Source: Alkalispirochaeta sp.
Lineage (GTDB): Bacteria > Spirochaetota > Spirochaetia > DSM-27196 > Alkalispirochaetaceae
NCBI GenBank assembly: GCA_965601925.1
Contig: OZ271854.1
Span: forward strand, 4,544,001-4,608,000
Reading direction: 5' to 3'
DNA: 64,000 bases
Shown: positions 37,837 to 47,660 of the stretch, one piece after another
How positions within the stretch are numbered: position 1 is the first letter of the stretch
Layout of the letters: each line of letters opens with the position of its first letter
Translations under genes and position numbers: made by a program
The notes under the pieces: generated by a model
What the model saw: the letters and a program-made list of their open reading frames with translations, nothing else
What the model was told of the DNA's origin: nothing
The model's database searches: none

Positions 37837-38631
37837 ATGGGAAAGAACAACCAACGACGGAGGGCCTCCTTCGGCGTTCTCTTCTGGATCGCCGCCATTC
37901 TCCTGATCGCCGTTATCCTCATGTTCAATCTCCCCGCAATACGGGACGTGCTCGATAGAACCGATTTCGTCGAAGTGGTGTTCGAAGAACGCTCGGGCCA
38001 GGGACGCGAAGAGCCTCGAGGTACCGACGAGGTGCCGCAAAACGATCAACGAGATACGACACCACTACCTCAGCCCGTCGATACGTCGAATCGTCCCGAG
38101 GCGTTGCAAGAGCCCGATCGACCCGATGAACTCAGCCTCACGGTTGACGAACCGGAGGTTGTCGCCGTTGCGCCGCCGGAACGAGTTGACGAGGCGCCGA
38201 CGCGAACGATGGCGACGACCCTCTTCTTTATCCGCGTCTCCGACGACGGGCGCATTATCGCAGAATCGGTGGAGCGCACGATCCGCTTCGAGGGCGGACC
38301 TCTTACCGGTACGATGCATGCGTTGATCGCCGGTCCGGACTCGGAGGATCTGAATCGCGGGCTGTTAAGCCTTGTGCCGCGAGAGACCGAGCTCCTCTCG
38401 GCGCGCGTCGCCTCGGGCGTCGCGTTTCTCAACTTCAACGAGGCGTTTCGGTTTAATCCGATGGGACTGGAAGGATATCTGGCTCAAATGCAGCAGATCG
38501 TGCTGACGGCGACGCAGTTCGTCACCGTGGACGCGGTGCAGATTCTGATTAACGGACAGAGCGAGGATTACCTCGGCGGTGACGGCGTTTACATCGGCGA
38601 GCCGCTGCGCCCGTCGGACTTTCGTAACTGA
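37837..38631 (+). CDS. GerMN-domain membrane protein
   Basis: TM; ALIAGP...LVPRETELLS...AFLNFNEAF...QIVLTATQF..VDAVQILING. Confidence 0.85.
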   Translation: MGKNNQRRRASFGVLFWIAAILLIAVILMFNLPAIRDVLDRTDFVEVVFEERSGQGREEPRGTDEVPQNDQRDTTPLPQPVDTSNRPEALQEPDRPDELSLTVDEPEVVAVAPPERVDEAPTRTMATTLFFIRVSDDGRIIAESVERTIRFEGGPLTGTMHALIAGPDSEDLNRGLLSLVPRETELLSARVASGVAFLNFNEAFRFNPMGLEGYLAQMQQIVLTATQFVTVDAVQILINGQSEDYLGGDGVYIGEPLRPSDFRN

Positions 38632-39401
38632 TCGGCGAGACCGACCAGCAACAAGACCTCTCGATTGCCGGAGCGCCCGAGAACGGGGCTGTCGAGGCTG
38701 CGTAGTACTCGAATCCCGTGGACGTCGGACAATTCATCGAGCACTCGTCCGATCACCGCTCCTCGATTATCGCCGGAGACGACGCCTCCTCCCTCGTCGA
38801 GGGCGTCGTCCGTTCCACTCCCGCTCCAGCGCGCCTCCGCGGCAAGCTCGAACTGCGGTTTGAGCAGCGCGATTCCCCACCCCTCGACGGTGAGCTCTAG
38901 GATGTGGCGCAGCACGCCACGTAGACTCCGAAACGAGAGGTCGCATACCGCTGAAGTCGGCCGCGGTTGCAACGAGTGCAGCTCGAGAATATTAGTTCGC
39001 TCGTGTACGACGACGCGACGGTCGCTACGGAGGCTATAGGCGAGCTGGTTGTACCCGACGTCGACGGCGTGGACCGCCGGAGCGCCGGCCTGCAATAGAC
39101 AGTCGGTAAATCCGCCGGTACTGGCACCGGCATCGAGCCAGACACGCCCGGCGGCGACGATACTCCACGCTTTGAGTGCCGCATTGAGTTTGTCCCCACC
39201 CCGCGAGACGAATCGACGCGTTACCAACTCAACCTCGACCCCGACGGCGACCTGGCGCTTGGGATCGCGCTCGATCCCGCCGTCGACGCGAACTTCAGAA
39301 CATACAACGCGGCGAAAGAGCTCGTCGCGAGAATAGTCGGGAAATCGAACGGTGAGAAGATCGAGAAGCGGTTTTTTGCGCTGCGTACCGCGTCGCCCCA
39401 T
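38589..39401 (-). CDS. tlyA: TlyA family rRNA methyltransferase
   Basis: S4 domain, FVSRGGDKL, LDAGASTGGFTDCLLQ, KPQFE, GNRE. Confidence 0.93.
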   Translation of the reverse strand: MGRRGTQRKKPLLDLLTVRFPDYSRDELFRRVVCSEVRVDGGIERDPKRQVAVGVEVELVTRRFVSRGGDKLNAALKAWSIVAAGRVWLDAGASTGGFTDCLLQAGAPAVHAVDVGYNQLAYSLRSDRRVVVHERTNILELHSLQPRPTSAVCDLSFRSLRGVLRHILELTVEGWGIALLKPQFELAAEARWSGSGTDDALDEGGGVVSGDNRGAVIGRVLDELSDVHGIRVLRSLDSPVLGRSGNREVLLLVGLADQLRKSDGRSGSPM

Positions 39402-39412
39402 TGAGCCGGCGG

Positions 39413-40195
39413 CTACACCAAGGAGCGGAACCGTATCCGCTCGACGTGAGTCGCCGCGCGTTCCGACCCGCCGGTCTCGACGAGCAACCCGTGAAGGGTC
39501 GCGGCACCGCCGGCAACCTCATTGCGCAGGGGAAGCTGCGTCATTGCGCGCCGGACGCTGATCGTGGGATCGAAGCCGATGACACTCAGCTCCGGCCCAC
39601 ACGCACCGACGTCGGTGATCGCCGCGGTTCCGCCCGGAAGGATGCGCTCGTCGGCGGTCTGAACGTGCGTATGCGTGCCGTACACGACCGTGACGTCCCC
39701 GTCGACGTAATGGGCGAACGCCTCCTTCTCTTCGGTCGACTCTGCGTGAAAATCCACAATCACCGCATCGGCCTGGCCCTTTATACGCTTGAGAATCTCC
39801 CGTACACGCCTGAAGGGACAGTCGATCGCCGGAAGACGATCGCGGCCCTGCAAGTTGATGACGGCTACCCGACCCTGCTTTCCTTCGTGGATGTACAGGC
39901 CGCTACCCGGGGCATCGCCGGGATAGTTGTCGGGACGCAGTACGCGTTCGTTGCCGTTCAGAAGATCGGCGATGTCGTCATGGTGCCATACGTGGTTTCC
40001 GGTCGTCACGACGTCGGCGCCCGCCTTGAGCAACTGCTCAGCGAGAGCCGGGCCGATACCGAATCCGTCGTCGGCATTCTCTCCGTTTACGACGACGAAG
40101 TCGGCACGGTGTTTGCGCACCAGACCTTTGAGGGCGCTTACCACCGCACGCATGCCCGGTTGTCCGATGACGTCGCCGAGTATCAAGATTCGCAT
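39413..40195 (-). CDS. ymdB: YmdB-like metallophosphoesterase
   Basis: GDVIG, NGEN, TGNH, DFHAE, GTHTHVQTAD; downstream of rny. Confidence 0.93.
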   Translation of the reverse strand: MRILILGDVIGQPGMRAVVSALKGLVRKHRADFVVVNGENADDGFGIGPALAEQLLKAGADVVTTGNHVWHHDDIADLLNGNERVLRPDNYPGDAPGSGLYIHEGKQGRVAVINLQGRDRLPAIDCPFRRVREILKRIKGQADAVIVDFHAESTEEKEAFAHYVDGDVTVVYGTHTHVQTADERILPGGTAAITDVGACGPELSVIGFDPTISVRRAMTQLPLRNEVAGGAATLHGLLVETGGSERAATHVERIRFRSLV

Positions 40196-40199
40196 AGCA

Positions 40200-41729
40200 T
40201 TACCTGGCGTACTCCACGATCCGCGTCTCGCGAATCATCGTCACCTTGATCCGACCGGGATACCGCAGTTGATCTTCGATCTTGCGGGCGATCTGCTTGG
40301 CGATATCGCGCGCCTGGAGATCATTCACACGCTCATGGTTGACCATGATGCGTAACTCGCGCCCCGCCTGAATCGCGTACGCCTTGTCGACGCCGTCGAA
40401 CTCCTCGGCGATCGCCTCGAGATTCTCAAGACGCTTGATGTAATTGTCGAGCGTTTCGCGACGCGCCCCCGGTCTGGAGGCGGAAATCGCGTCGGCGACC
40501 TGCACGATTACCGACTCGATGCAATTGTGCGGTACGTCGCCGTGGTGGGCGGCGATGCAATTGACGACGCGCGGGTCTTCGCCGATGCGTTTGGCGAGTT
40601 CGACGCCGAGCTCCACGTGGTTGCTGTCGCCGTCGGTCTCGATTCCCTTGCCGATATCGTGGAGTATCCCGCCCCGCTTGGCGATCTCGACATCCGCGCC
40701 GACCTCGGCGGCGAGGGTCCCGGAGAGCACCGCGACCTCTTTACTGTGGGCCAACACGTTCTGTCCGTAGCTCGTCCGGAAGGAGAGGCGCCCCAAGCCG
40801 CGTACGCCCTCGGGTTTGAGGTGGTGCATGTTCAGCTCGTAGAGAACGCGTTCGCCCTCTTCGTAGATCGTCTGGGTCATGTCGGTGGTGACCTTCTGCA
40901 CCACCTCCTCGATGCGCGTGGGGTGAATTCGCCCATCGGAGACCAGCCGCTCGAGCGAGCGTTTGGCAATCTCCTTGCGCACCGGATCGAAGCACGATAC
41001 GACGACCGCCTCCGGTGTGTCGTCGATGATGATATCGACGCCGGTGAGCGTTTCCAGAGTACGAATGTTGCGCCCCTCGCGACCGATGATACGCCCCTTC
41101 ATCTCGTCGTTTGGCAGACTCACCGACGAGACGGTGACTTCCGCGTTGACCTCGCTGGCCAGTCGTTGCACGGTGGAGATGAGAATCTCCCGAGCGTTCT
41201 TCTCCGCGGTGACCATCGCTTCCTGCTCGATTTTATGGACGAGACCCTGCGCATCGTGGCGCGTCTCGTCCTCGAGAGAACTCATGATCAACTTTCGGGC
41301 TTCTTCTTGCGTAAGGCCGGAGATGCGCTCCATTTCATTGCGCCAATGGATCTCCAACTCATCTAACTGCTTGTTTCTATCTTCTATGTTCCTCTCACGG
41401 GTAGCCAGGCCCTGCTGCTCCTCTCCGATAGCCGCGGCCTTTTCTTCTAGGTTCTCTTCTTTCTGTAATAGCCGTCGTTCCTGACGCTGCAACTCCCGTT
41501 GCCGTTCCCGGAACTCTCGCTCTTGTTCATTTCGCTCGCGTTGAAGCGCGTCTCTTGTCTCTAGTATCAGCTCTTTCTGTCGCGCCTCGGCGTCTTTCTC
41601 CGCGTCCCTCTGTAGACGCTCGGCGAGTTGCTCCGTCGAGGAGAGCTGAAACTTGGCATACAGCCAGCGTATCGTCCAACCTAGAATGACACCAGCGAGA
41701 GGAAGGGTTCCGTACAACACCAGCTGCAT
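40200..41729 (-). CDS. rny: ribonuclease Y
   Basis: TM, coiled coil, KH (KGRIIGREGRNIR), HD (LHDIGK). Confidence 0.97.
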   Translation of the reverse strand: MQLVLYGTLPLAGVILGWTIRWLYAKFQLSSTEQLAERLQRDAEKDAEARQKELILETRDALQRERNEQEREFRERQRELQRQERRLLQKEENLEEKAAAIGEEQQGLATRERNIEDRNKQLDELEIHWRNEMERISGLTQEEARKLIMSSLEDETRHDAQGLVHKIEQEAMVTAEKNAREILISTVQRLASEVNAEVTVSSVSLPNDEMKGRIIGREGRNIRTLETLTGVDIIIDDTPEAVVVSCFDPVRKEIAKRSLERLVSDGRIHPTRIEEVVQKVTTDMTQTIYEEGERVLYELNMHHLKPEGVRGLGRLSFRTSYGQNVLAHSKEVAVLSGTLAAEVGADVEIAKRGGILHDIGKGIETDGDSNHVELGVELAKRIGEDPRVVNCIAAHHGDVPHNCIESVIVQVADAISASRPGARRETLDNYIKRLENLEAIAEEFDGVDKAYAIQAGRELRIMVNHERVNDLQARDIAKQIARKIEDQLRYPGRIKVTMIRETRIVEYAR

Positions 41730-41786
41730 AACCTTCCTCCCCTACGTATCGTAATACGCTACCCTATAGTGGGTTATGAGCGCTTG

Positions 41787-42437
41787 TCAAGTTTCGAGCC
41801 ACTCCATCCCTTCGTCGTCCTGAATGACCCGACGGTCCCATCGCTCATCGCGGCGACGAAAACGCAGCACTCTGCGAAGCCCGCGCTCGATGAGTATGAG
41901 CATGTCCTTGGAAAGGGACTCGACGTCGGGAGCGTCCAGACGGGTGATAACCGTATCGAGGAGTGCGATGACCAACCGCGTCGCATCGTCGTACAGACCG
42001 GGTCGAAACACGCCGCGTCGCGATCCGTCGCGAATGATCTCGTCGACGATCGCCTCGATGCGCCGGCTGAGGGAGCCGATCGCGCCGCTTTGCAGATCGA
42101 ATCCGGGGTAGAGAAAGCGCTCGTCACCGGAGAGCACACCCCGGAGGATAGGATAACGCTTCATTCCGAGAACCGCGAACTGATACAGCACTTTGAGCTT
42201 GTTCATCGGCGATCGCAGCCGTTTCACCATTCGTTCGAGCTTGTGGATTCCCTCACGTTCGATCAAACTAAGAATTTGCTCGTAGAACATCTCTTTGCTG
42301 GAGAAGTGCTTGTAAAATGTGCCGACGCTTAAGCCGCATCCCCGGACGATGTCCTCGACCGATACGTCGCGGTATCCGTGGCGCGAAAAGAGCTCCATCC
42401 CCGATCGAATGATAAGAACCCGACGGTTTGCCTTCAT
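41787..42437 (-). CDS. TetR/AcrR family transcriptional regulator
   Basis: LFSRHGYRDVSVEDIVRGCGLSVGTFYKHFSSKE HTH. Confidence 0.93.
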   Translation of the reverse strand: MKANRRVLIIRSGMELFSRHGYRDVSVEDIVRGCGLSVGTFYKHFSSKEMFYEQILSLIEREGIHKLERMVKRLRSPMNKLKVLYQFAVLGMKRYPILRGVLSGDERFLYPGFDLQSGAIGSLSRRIEAIVDEIIRDGSRRGVFRPGLYDDATRLVIALLDTVITRLDAPDVESLSKDMLILIERGLRRVLRFRRRDERWDRRVIQDDEGMEWLET

Positions 42438-42497
42438 GAAGTACCATTATATCCGTACGCCGCCTGCGGCAGAAGGACAAAGTGAAGATCGTCCTCG

Positions 42498-42518
42498 ATT
42501 ATTCACATATCGAATAAT
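42498..42518. promoter_or_regulatory. candidate operator palindrome between tetR and cysteate synthase
   Basis: ATTATTC-N7-GAATAAT in an AT-rich patch next to a minus-strand TTGACA (42526-42531). Confidence 0.4.
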
Positions 42519-42656
42519 ATTTCTTTGTCAATTTTTATCACGCCAGCATCCGTTTTTGTCTCTATTTCGCCGCATCTCCGTTACGTTCCCGTTAATCCTC
42601 ATACCGTTCATTGACCGGAGGCAGCGGCGTGGATTACGACGTATATAAGAGGACTT

Positions 42657-44012
42657 ATGGGCGACACACTCGTTACATACCGTAAGGGCACCGCTCACTA
42701 CCACCTCCGATGCTTGGCGACCGGGCAAATACTCAGAGACAACAGCCACGATTCGACGACGCGTTTTCCATTGGCGTGTTCGTCGGCGACGACTCCCGCA
42801 CTCCTGCGCACCGAGTATCGGAACACGCGCCTCGAGGTCGGCGACGAAGACGAGGGCGTTTTTCGATTTGCGTCGTGGTTACCCGTTAACACTACGTTAC
42901 CCGGTGCCGGGGGCCCGGTCACCTACCGCGCCGAGGCACTCGGTCGAGATCTCGGTCTAAGCAAGTTGTATGTGACCTTCAGCGGATGGTGGCCCGAGCG
43001 GCGCGCGCGCATCCCTACCGGCACCTTCAAAGAGAACGAGGCGTACGCGGTATACGGTCGTATGGGCGAGGCCGCATACGAACAGACGCTCGTCGTCGCC
43101 TCGGCGGGCAATACTGCGCGTGCGTTCCTGAGAGTTGCGGGAGAGAACAATTTGCCGCTGGTCGTCGTGGTCCCGGAGAATAATATCCCCGACCTGTGGA
43201 CGGTCGGAGAGCGGGGCTCGTCGACGCTCGTCGTAGCTGCCGGCGAGGACTCGGACTACGGCGATGCGATCACACTCGCGGCTCTCTTGTGCGAGGTCCC
43301 GGGATACGTTGCCGAGGGGGGTGCAAAGAACGTCGCACGTCGCGACGGAATGGGTACCACTTTTCTTTCGGCCGCGCACGCGATCGGACGCATACCGGAC
43401 CACTACTTCCAGGCCGTGGGAAGCGGAACCGGCGCGATCGCCGCGTGGGAGGCGAATCGACGTCTCATTGAGGACCGCCGGTACGGAGGTCACCACGCCA
43501 AGCTCCACCTCGCGCAGAACGCACCGTTTCAGGTGCTGGTGGACTCGTGGCGAGCGCGAAGCCGGGAGCTCCTCCTCCCCGACGAAGCGGTCACGCGTCG
43601 TCAGGTCGACGAGATCGGCGCCAAGGTGCTCGCGAACCGCCGTCCGCCGTGGTCGATGATCGGCGGTCTGTTCGATACACTCGTCGACACCGACGGCGAA
43701 ATGTACGCGGTGACCAACGACGAGGCCGAAGAGGCCGGCGATCGCTTCGAAGAGCTTGAGGGTATCGATCTCAGCCCCGCCGCGCGAGTCGCGTGCGGCG
43801 CGTTAACGCAGGCTGTACGGAAGGGAGCGGTCGGACGCGACGAGGTCATAAACCTCAACGTAACCGGCGGAGGCTTCCGAAGGGCGAAGCAAGATCTCGA
43901 CACCCGACCGCTCGAGGCGGATGTCGTGGCGCACCGTTCCGCGTTCAATACCGAGGCGATCGCCGAGATGGTGGACAGGGCTCGACGAACGCGCTTGAAT
44001 CAACGAGGATAG
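42657..44012 (+). CDS. cysteate synthase (PLP-dependent, threonine synthase-like; CapA-like)
   Basis: TGTFKENEA (PLP Lys), VVASAGNTARAF, EGGAKNVARRDGMGT, YFQAVGSGTGAIAAWEA, LNVTGGG, the motif set of the cysteate synthase family. Confidence 0.9.
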   Translation: MGDTLVTYRKGTAHYHLRCLATGQILRDNSHDSTTRFPLACSSATTPALLRTEYRNTRLEVGDEDEGVFRFASWLPVNTTLPGAGGPVTYRAEALGRDLGLSKLYVTFSGWWPERRARIPTGTFKENEAYAVYGRMGEAAYEQTLVVASAGNTARAFLRVAGENNLPLVVVVPENNIPDLWTVGERGSSTLVVAAGEDSDYGDAITLAALLCEVPGYVAEGGAKNVARRDGMGTTFLSAAHAIGRIPDHYFQAVGSGTGAIAAWEANRRLIEDRRYGGHHAKLHLAQNAPFQVLVDSWRARSRELLLPDEAVTRRQVDEIGAKVLANRRPPWSMIGGLFDTLVDTDGEMYAVTNDEAEEAGDRFEELEGIDLSPAARVACGALTQAVRKGAVGRDEVINLNVTGGGFRRAKQDLDTRPLEADVVAHRSAFNTEAIAEMVDRARRTRLNQRG

Positions 44013-44150
44013 TAGTAGTAGCCATTACTCATACCATTGTCACGGCGACGATCCCGTATCGACTACCGAATACGGCGCCGGACGTCAAAAAAAAGTAGAG
44101 ACAATACCGCGACGACGCGCATACTCGTCGAATACTAAAGGAGATCTACG

Positions 44151-45479
44151 ATGCTTTTAGACCAAAAGGCGGAACGCGAAAGCGCCGCAAAGTCCGAGGG
44201 AAAGACGGACCTCTTTGCGAAATGTCATACCGATGCGGGGTACTTCGGAAAGCTCCGCGCAATGGGAGACGATGAATATACGCGCCCGGTTCTTCCGCCC
44301 AATCCCGATCGACACATGGAGTTCAAAGGTAAAGAGCACACCATGTGGTCGATCAATAACTATCTCGGCCTTGCCAACCACCCCGAAGTGATCGAGACGG
44401 CCCACGACGCTATCGACCGCTTCGGTGTGAGCTCTCCCATGGGTTCGCGTATGATGAGCGGCAACACGGAGCACCACCTCTCTTTCGAGCGCCAGCTCGC
44501 CGAGCATACGGAGAAGGAGGCGGCGTTCCTCTTCAATTACGGCTACATGGGCGTCATCGGCACCATTCAGTCCTTGGCGGGTAAGGACGATGTCATCGTC
44601 ATGGACAAGCTCGACCATTCATGCATCGTCGACGGCGCCTTTCTCGGGCAGTCGATGAACGGCGCCCAGCTGCGCGTCTTTAAGCATAACAATATGGATA
44701 ACCTCGAGCAGGTGCTCAAGCGGGTCAACCGTGACCGCAAAGGCGGTGTGTTGATCGTCACCGAGGGCGTCTACGGTATGACCGGCGACCTGGCGAAACT
44801 CGACGAAATCACCGCTTTGAAAGAGAAATACGACGCCCGACTCTTCATCGACGACGCCCACGGCTGGGGCATTATGGGTCCCGAGGGCAAGGGAACCGCG
44901 GCGCACTTCGGCGTTCAGGACAAGGTTGACGTTTACTTCGGCACCTTTGCCAAGAGCTTTGCCTCCATCGGCGGGTTCTCGTCCTCCGAGCAAGCGGTAA
45001 TCGACTGGATCGCTTACAACGCGCGCACCCAGGTCTTTGCCAAGAGCCTCCCGATGGTATACGTCGAAACGTTGCGTAAGACCTTCGATCTGGTAAAGGC
45101 GGGCGACGATCGGCGCGCCAAGATGTGGGCGCGAAGCAACGAGCTCAAAAACGGTCTGCGCGCCTTGGGCTTCTACATCGGTCCGGGCGAGTCGCCGATC
45201 TGTTCGGTGTTTCTCCCCGTGGGCGAGCACGAGCCGGAGCGTATCGCTATGCAGTCCGCCGGCTTCCTACGCCAACACGGCGTCTTCGTGACTGCGATCG
45301 TCTACCCGGTTATTCCCCTCGGGCTTATGATGTTTCGCATGATTCCTACGGCGATGCACGAGGAAGAGGATGTGCAGAAGACGTTGGCTACATTCGAACA
45401 GATGCGAAACGCCCTCAACCTCCGCCTCGATATGACCGAGGACGAAGACAAGACGATCCGCAAGGTATACGGGATATAG
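44151..45479 (+). CDS. alpha-oxoamine synthase, probable cysteate fatty-acyltransferase (CapB/SulA-like)
   Basis: WSINNYLGLANHPEV, PMGSRMMSG, NYGYMG, DDAHG, GTFAKS (PLP Lys), second motif TQVFAKSLPM, VYPVIP..RMIPTA. Confidence 0.8.
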   Translation: MLLDQKAERESAAKSEGKTDLFAKCHTDAGYFGKLRAMGDDEYTRPVLPPNPDRHMEFKGKEHTMWSINNYLGLANHPEVIETAHDAIDRFGVSSPMGSRMMSGNTEHHLSFERQLAEHTEKEAAFLFNYGYMGVIGTIQSLAGKDDVIVMDKLDHSCIVDGAFLGQSMNGAQLRVFKHNNMDNLEQVLKRVNRDRKGGVLIVTEGVYGMTGDLAKLDEITALKEKYDARLFIDDAHGWGIMGPEGKGTAAHFGVQDKVDVYFGTFAKSFASIGGFSSSEQAVIDWIAYNARTQVFAKSLPMVYVETLRKTFDLVKAGDDRRAKMWARSNELKNGLRALGFYIGPGESPICSVFLPVGEHEPERIAMQSAGFLRQHGVFVTAIVYPVIPLGLMMFRMIPTAMHEEEDVQKTLATFEQMRNALNLRLDMTEDEDKTIRKVYGI

Positions 45480-45645
45480 TACTCATCGGCCTGCGAGGCG
45501 GAGAGGCATGTGCCCTCTCCGTCTCGGGTCCGGTATCCGCCCGCATGATGGCTCGCGGAAGTAACCACGGCACCTCGCACCCTCTTCATGCAAGATAACG
45601 GTTGCCCGACACACCGGATCGTGTTACACCGATAGGACCGCCGGT

Positions 45646-46227
45646 ATGGAAACCGACGGCATACTTCACGTACCGGGGGCGGCCGTGGTCGGAGGCGAAA
45701 CGCAACTCATTCGGAACCTATTGTTTCTCCCTCTTCTCATTGCGTTGACCTCTCCGGTTGTCGGAGAAACGCCCCGCACGACGACCCGTGTCCTCCAGGA
45801 CGGCACGACAATACTAGAAACGCGCGATGAAACGGACCGTTTACTCCGAGAGGAGGTCGTTCTCAGAAACGGAAGACACAAGACGACCTATTTTGACGGC
45901 CGCGGAGATCCTCACTATAGCGTCGTCACCACCGGAACCGGCTCGTTCGGCATCATGTACTATGAGGAGTCCGAGGCGCCGCTTTTCAAGTTCTGGCATT
46001 ACGGCAACGATGAGAAAATCATACAGTTTCACTCGGACACGTTTGATTTGATCGGATCGATCGAAATCCAAACTGACAACGCCGAACGCCGCGTCGTGTG
46101 GAGTGAGGAAACGAACCGCGGGAGTAAGGCGATGATATGGATACCCGTGTCATTCCTCGCCGGTGCGCTCTTTGCTTTCCTTCTCGTACGTACGACGACA
46201 CAAAAAACGTCGAAATCTCGCAGATAG
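45646..46227 (+). CDS. hypothetical membrane protein
   Basis: signal/TM segment, beta-rich middle, C-terminal TM plus basic tail; start uncertain. Confidence 0.55.
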   Translation: METDGILHVPGAAVVGGETQLIRNLLFLPLLIALTSPVVGETPRTTTRVLQDGTTILETRDETDRLLREEVVLRNGRHKTTYFDGRGDPHYSVVTTGTGSFGIMYYEESEAPLFKFWHYGNDEKIIQFHSDTFDLIGSIEIQTDNAERRVVWSEETNRGSKAMIWIPVSFLAGALFAFLLVRTTTQKTSKSRR

Positions 46228-46369
46228 TCGGGGCGAGACTATCGCGAAGACCGGAGACGTAGTGTGCGGTCTCCTCTTCGAGAGATGTCGTAATCCCGTT
46301 CCGGCGGTCCGACATATTGACCGCTTCGTTCCCTCATGGAGCAAGCGGCACAGCAACGATCGTCCAAGC

Positions 46370-47398
46370 CTAATTTCTGCTTTTTAAGGCTTCGTAGAAC
46401 GTGATCCATTCTTCGGTGGGATTCGTCATGAATCCGGCGAAGTCCGGGTCGGTTTCCACTCTATGAATACGCCTCCGCGCCTCGGGATGATCCATGGCCT
46501 CCAGGGTCAAAAGGAAGTTACGGGCGCTTCGCATGTCACCCTCAAGAGCGCTGGCGCAAGCCGCGTTGTAGGCCGCACGAAAATGCAGGGGATTCCAAAA
46601 CAGGGCCGACGCAAAGATGGGCGCAGCTTCGTCGAACCGTTCTCGTTCGTACAGACTGAACGCCGCTTCATTCAGAAACTGTGCGACGAATGGGCCGCTG
46701 AGGATGGCCGCCACGGTTCTTCCCGGATCAGAGCTGTGAAACTCCCGAAGAAAGAATGTAAGCACCAAGTATCGAGGAGACTCCGAACCCAAAAGGGACG
46801 ATACGTCGTCCCCGGGGTAATAGAGATCCAGGACCTCCGTATAGTCCTCGCGGACACCGAAGCTATGGTGATTGAAGGTGCCCAGTCGCTTTGTCCAGCC
46901 GGAGGTCTCCTCCCTGATGGAGAGATCGACCATTTCCAGAACCGGAAAAAACGGGTCATCGCGGTTGCCTTGATCGAGCACCTCTCCGGATCGACCGACG
47001 GTCGGATGCTCCTCAAAAGATCCCGTCAATCCCATGTACGATTCCGCGTGCGTATAGGAGCCGACGACGCGTTGGAGAATCTCCGAGGCCGATTGCCGTT
47101 GCGACTCCAGTTCCTCTTCCGTCGGGGCCACGGTCCGATCGGAAACAAATTCATTGAGAGAGATGTAATACACCTCGCTGTCGCCGTCGGGAGAGAAGAA
47201 GCTCATGTATTCATCTCTCCCGCCGAGTCCTTCGTAACGCGTGTGCATCCGAACGACGAGCCCCCCGTCACCGGTCACATCGACGGAATCTATGCGGTCG
47301 GGGCCGATAATACTGATCTCCGGGATCTCTTGAGCAGCTGCGGCAGAGCAGCCCAGCAACAGCAGTATAACGGTACGAAACGGAAAAGAAGAACGCAT
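46370..47398 (-). CDS. exported protein with C-terminal TPR
   Basis: signal peptide; AAYNAACASALEG...DPDF TPR-end pattern. Confidence 0.7.
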   Translation of the reverse strand: MRSSFPFRTVILLLLGCSAAAAQEIPEISIIGPDRIDSVDVTGDGGLVVRMHTRYEGLGGRDEYMSFFSPDGDSEVYYISLNEFVSDRTVAPTEEELESQRQSASEILQRVVGSYTHAESYMGLTGSFEEHPTVGRSGEVLDQGNRDDPFFPVLEMVDLSIREETSGWTKRLGTFNHHSFGVREDYTEVLDLYYPGDDVSSLLGSESPRYLVLTFFLREFHSSDPGRTVAAILSGPFVAQFLNEAAFSLYERERFDEAAPIFASALFWNPLHFRAAYNAACASALEGDMRSARNFLLTLEAMDHPEARRRIHRVETDPDFAGFMTNPTEEWITFYEALKSRN

Positions 47399-47660
47399 AA
47401 CTCACCCCCTGAACGATTCTTTCGTCCTGCACCATATCGAAAAAGCGCTTGTATCGACGCGCTCTCCCGTCGTCCGGCCGACCTCGAAAACCGCATCGTC
47501 GAACGGAATCCCCGGTAGTGGGTCCCGAGTTCGTTCTTCTCTGTACATCGATGGGTTTCGCGAATTCATCTTAGGTGGGCGAGAAAGACGTGTCAAACAA
47601 AACCATGGGTGTGACGAACCGACGAAGATAATCCGTATCGAGAACACGGCGGAGGACGCT

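Noticed and set aside
38589..38631. 43-bp convergent overlap of the GerMN gene and tlyA
   Set aside because: Short tail-to-tail overlaps are common and need no special explanation.
42657..44012. Threonine synthase or coenzyme M biosynthesis role
   Set aside because: The motifs fit cysteate synthase rather than ThrC. There are no comDE or aminotransferase neighbours, and the adjacent gene points to lipid synthesis.
44010..44021. Four consecutive TAG codons after cysteate synthase
   Set aside because: Short microsatellite-like run with no evidence of function.
44151..45479. bioF / kbl annotation
   Set aside because: No bio or tdh genes are nearby; the FAKSL motif and cysteate synthase linkage fit CapB/SulA better. 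Not excluded without a phylogeny.
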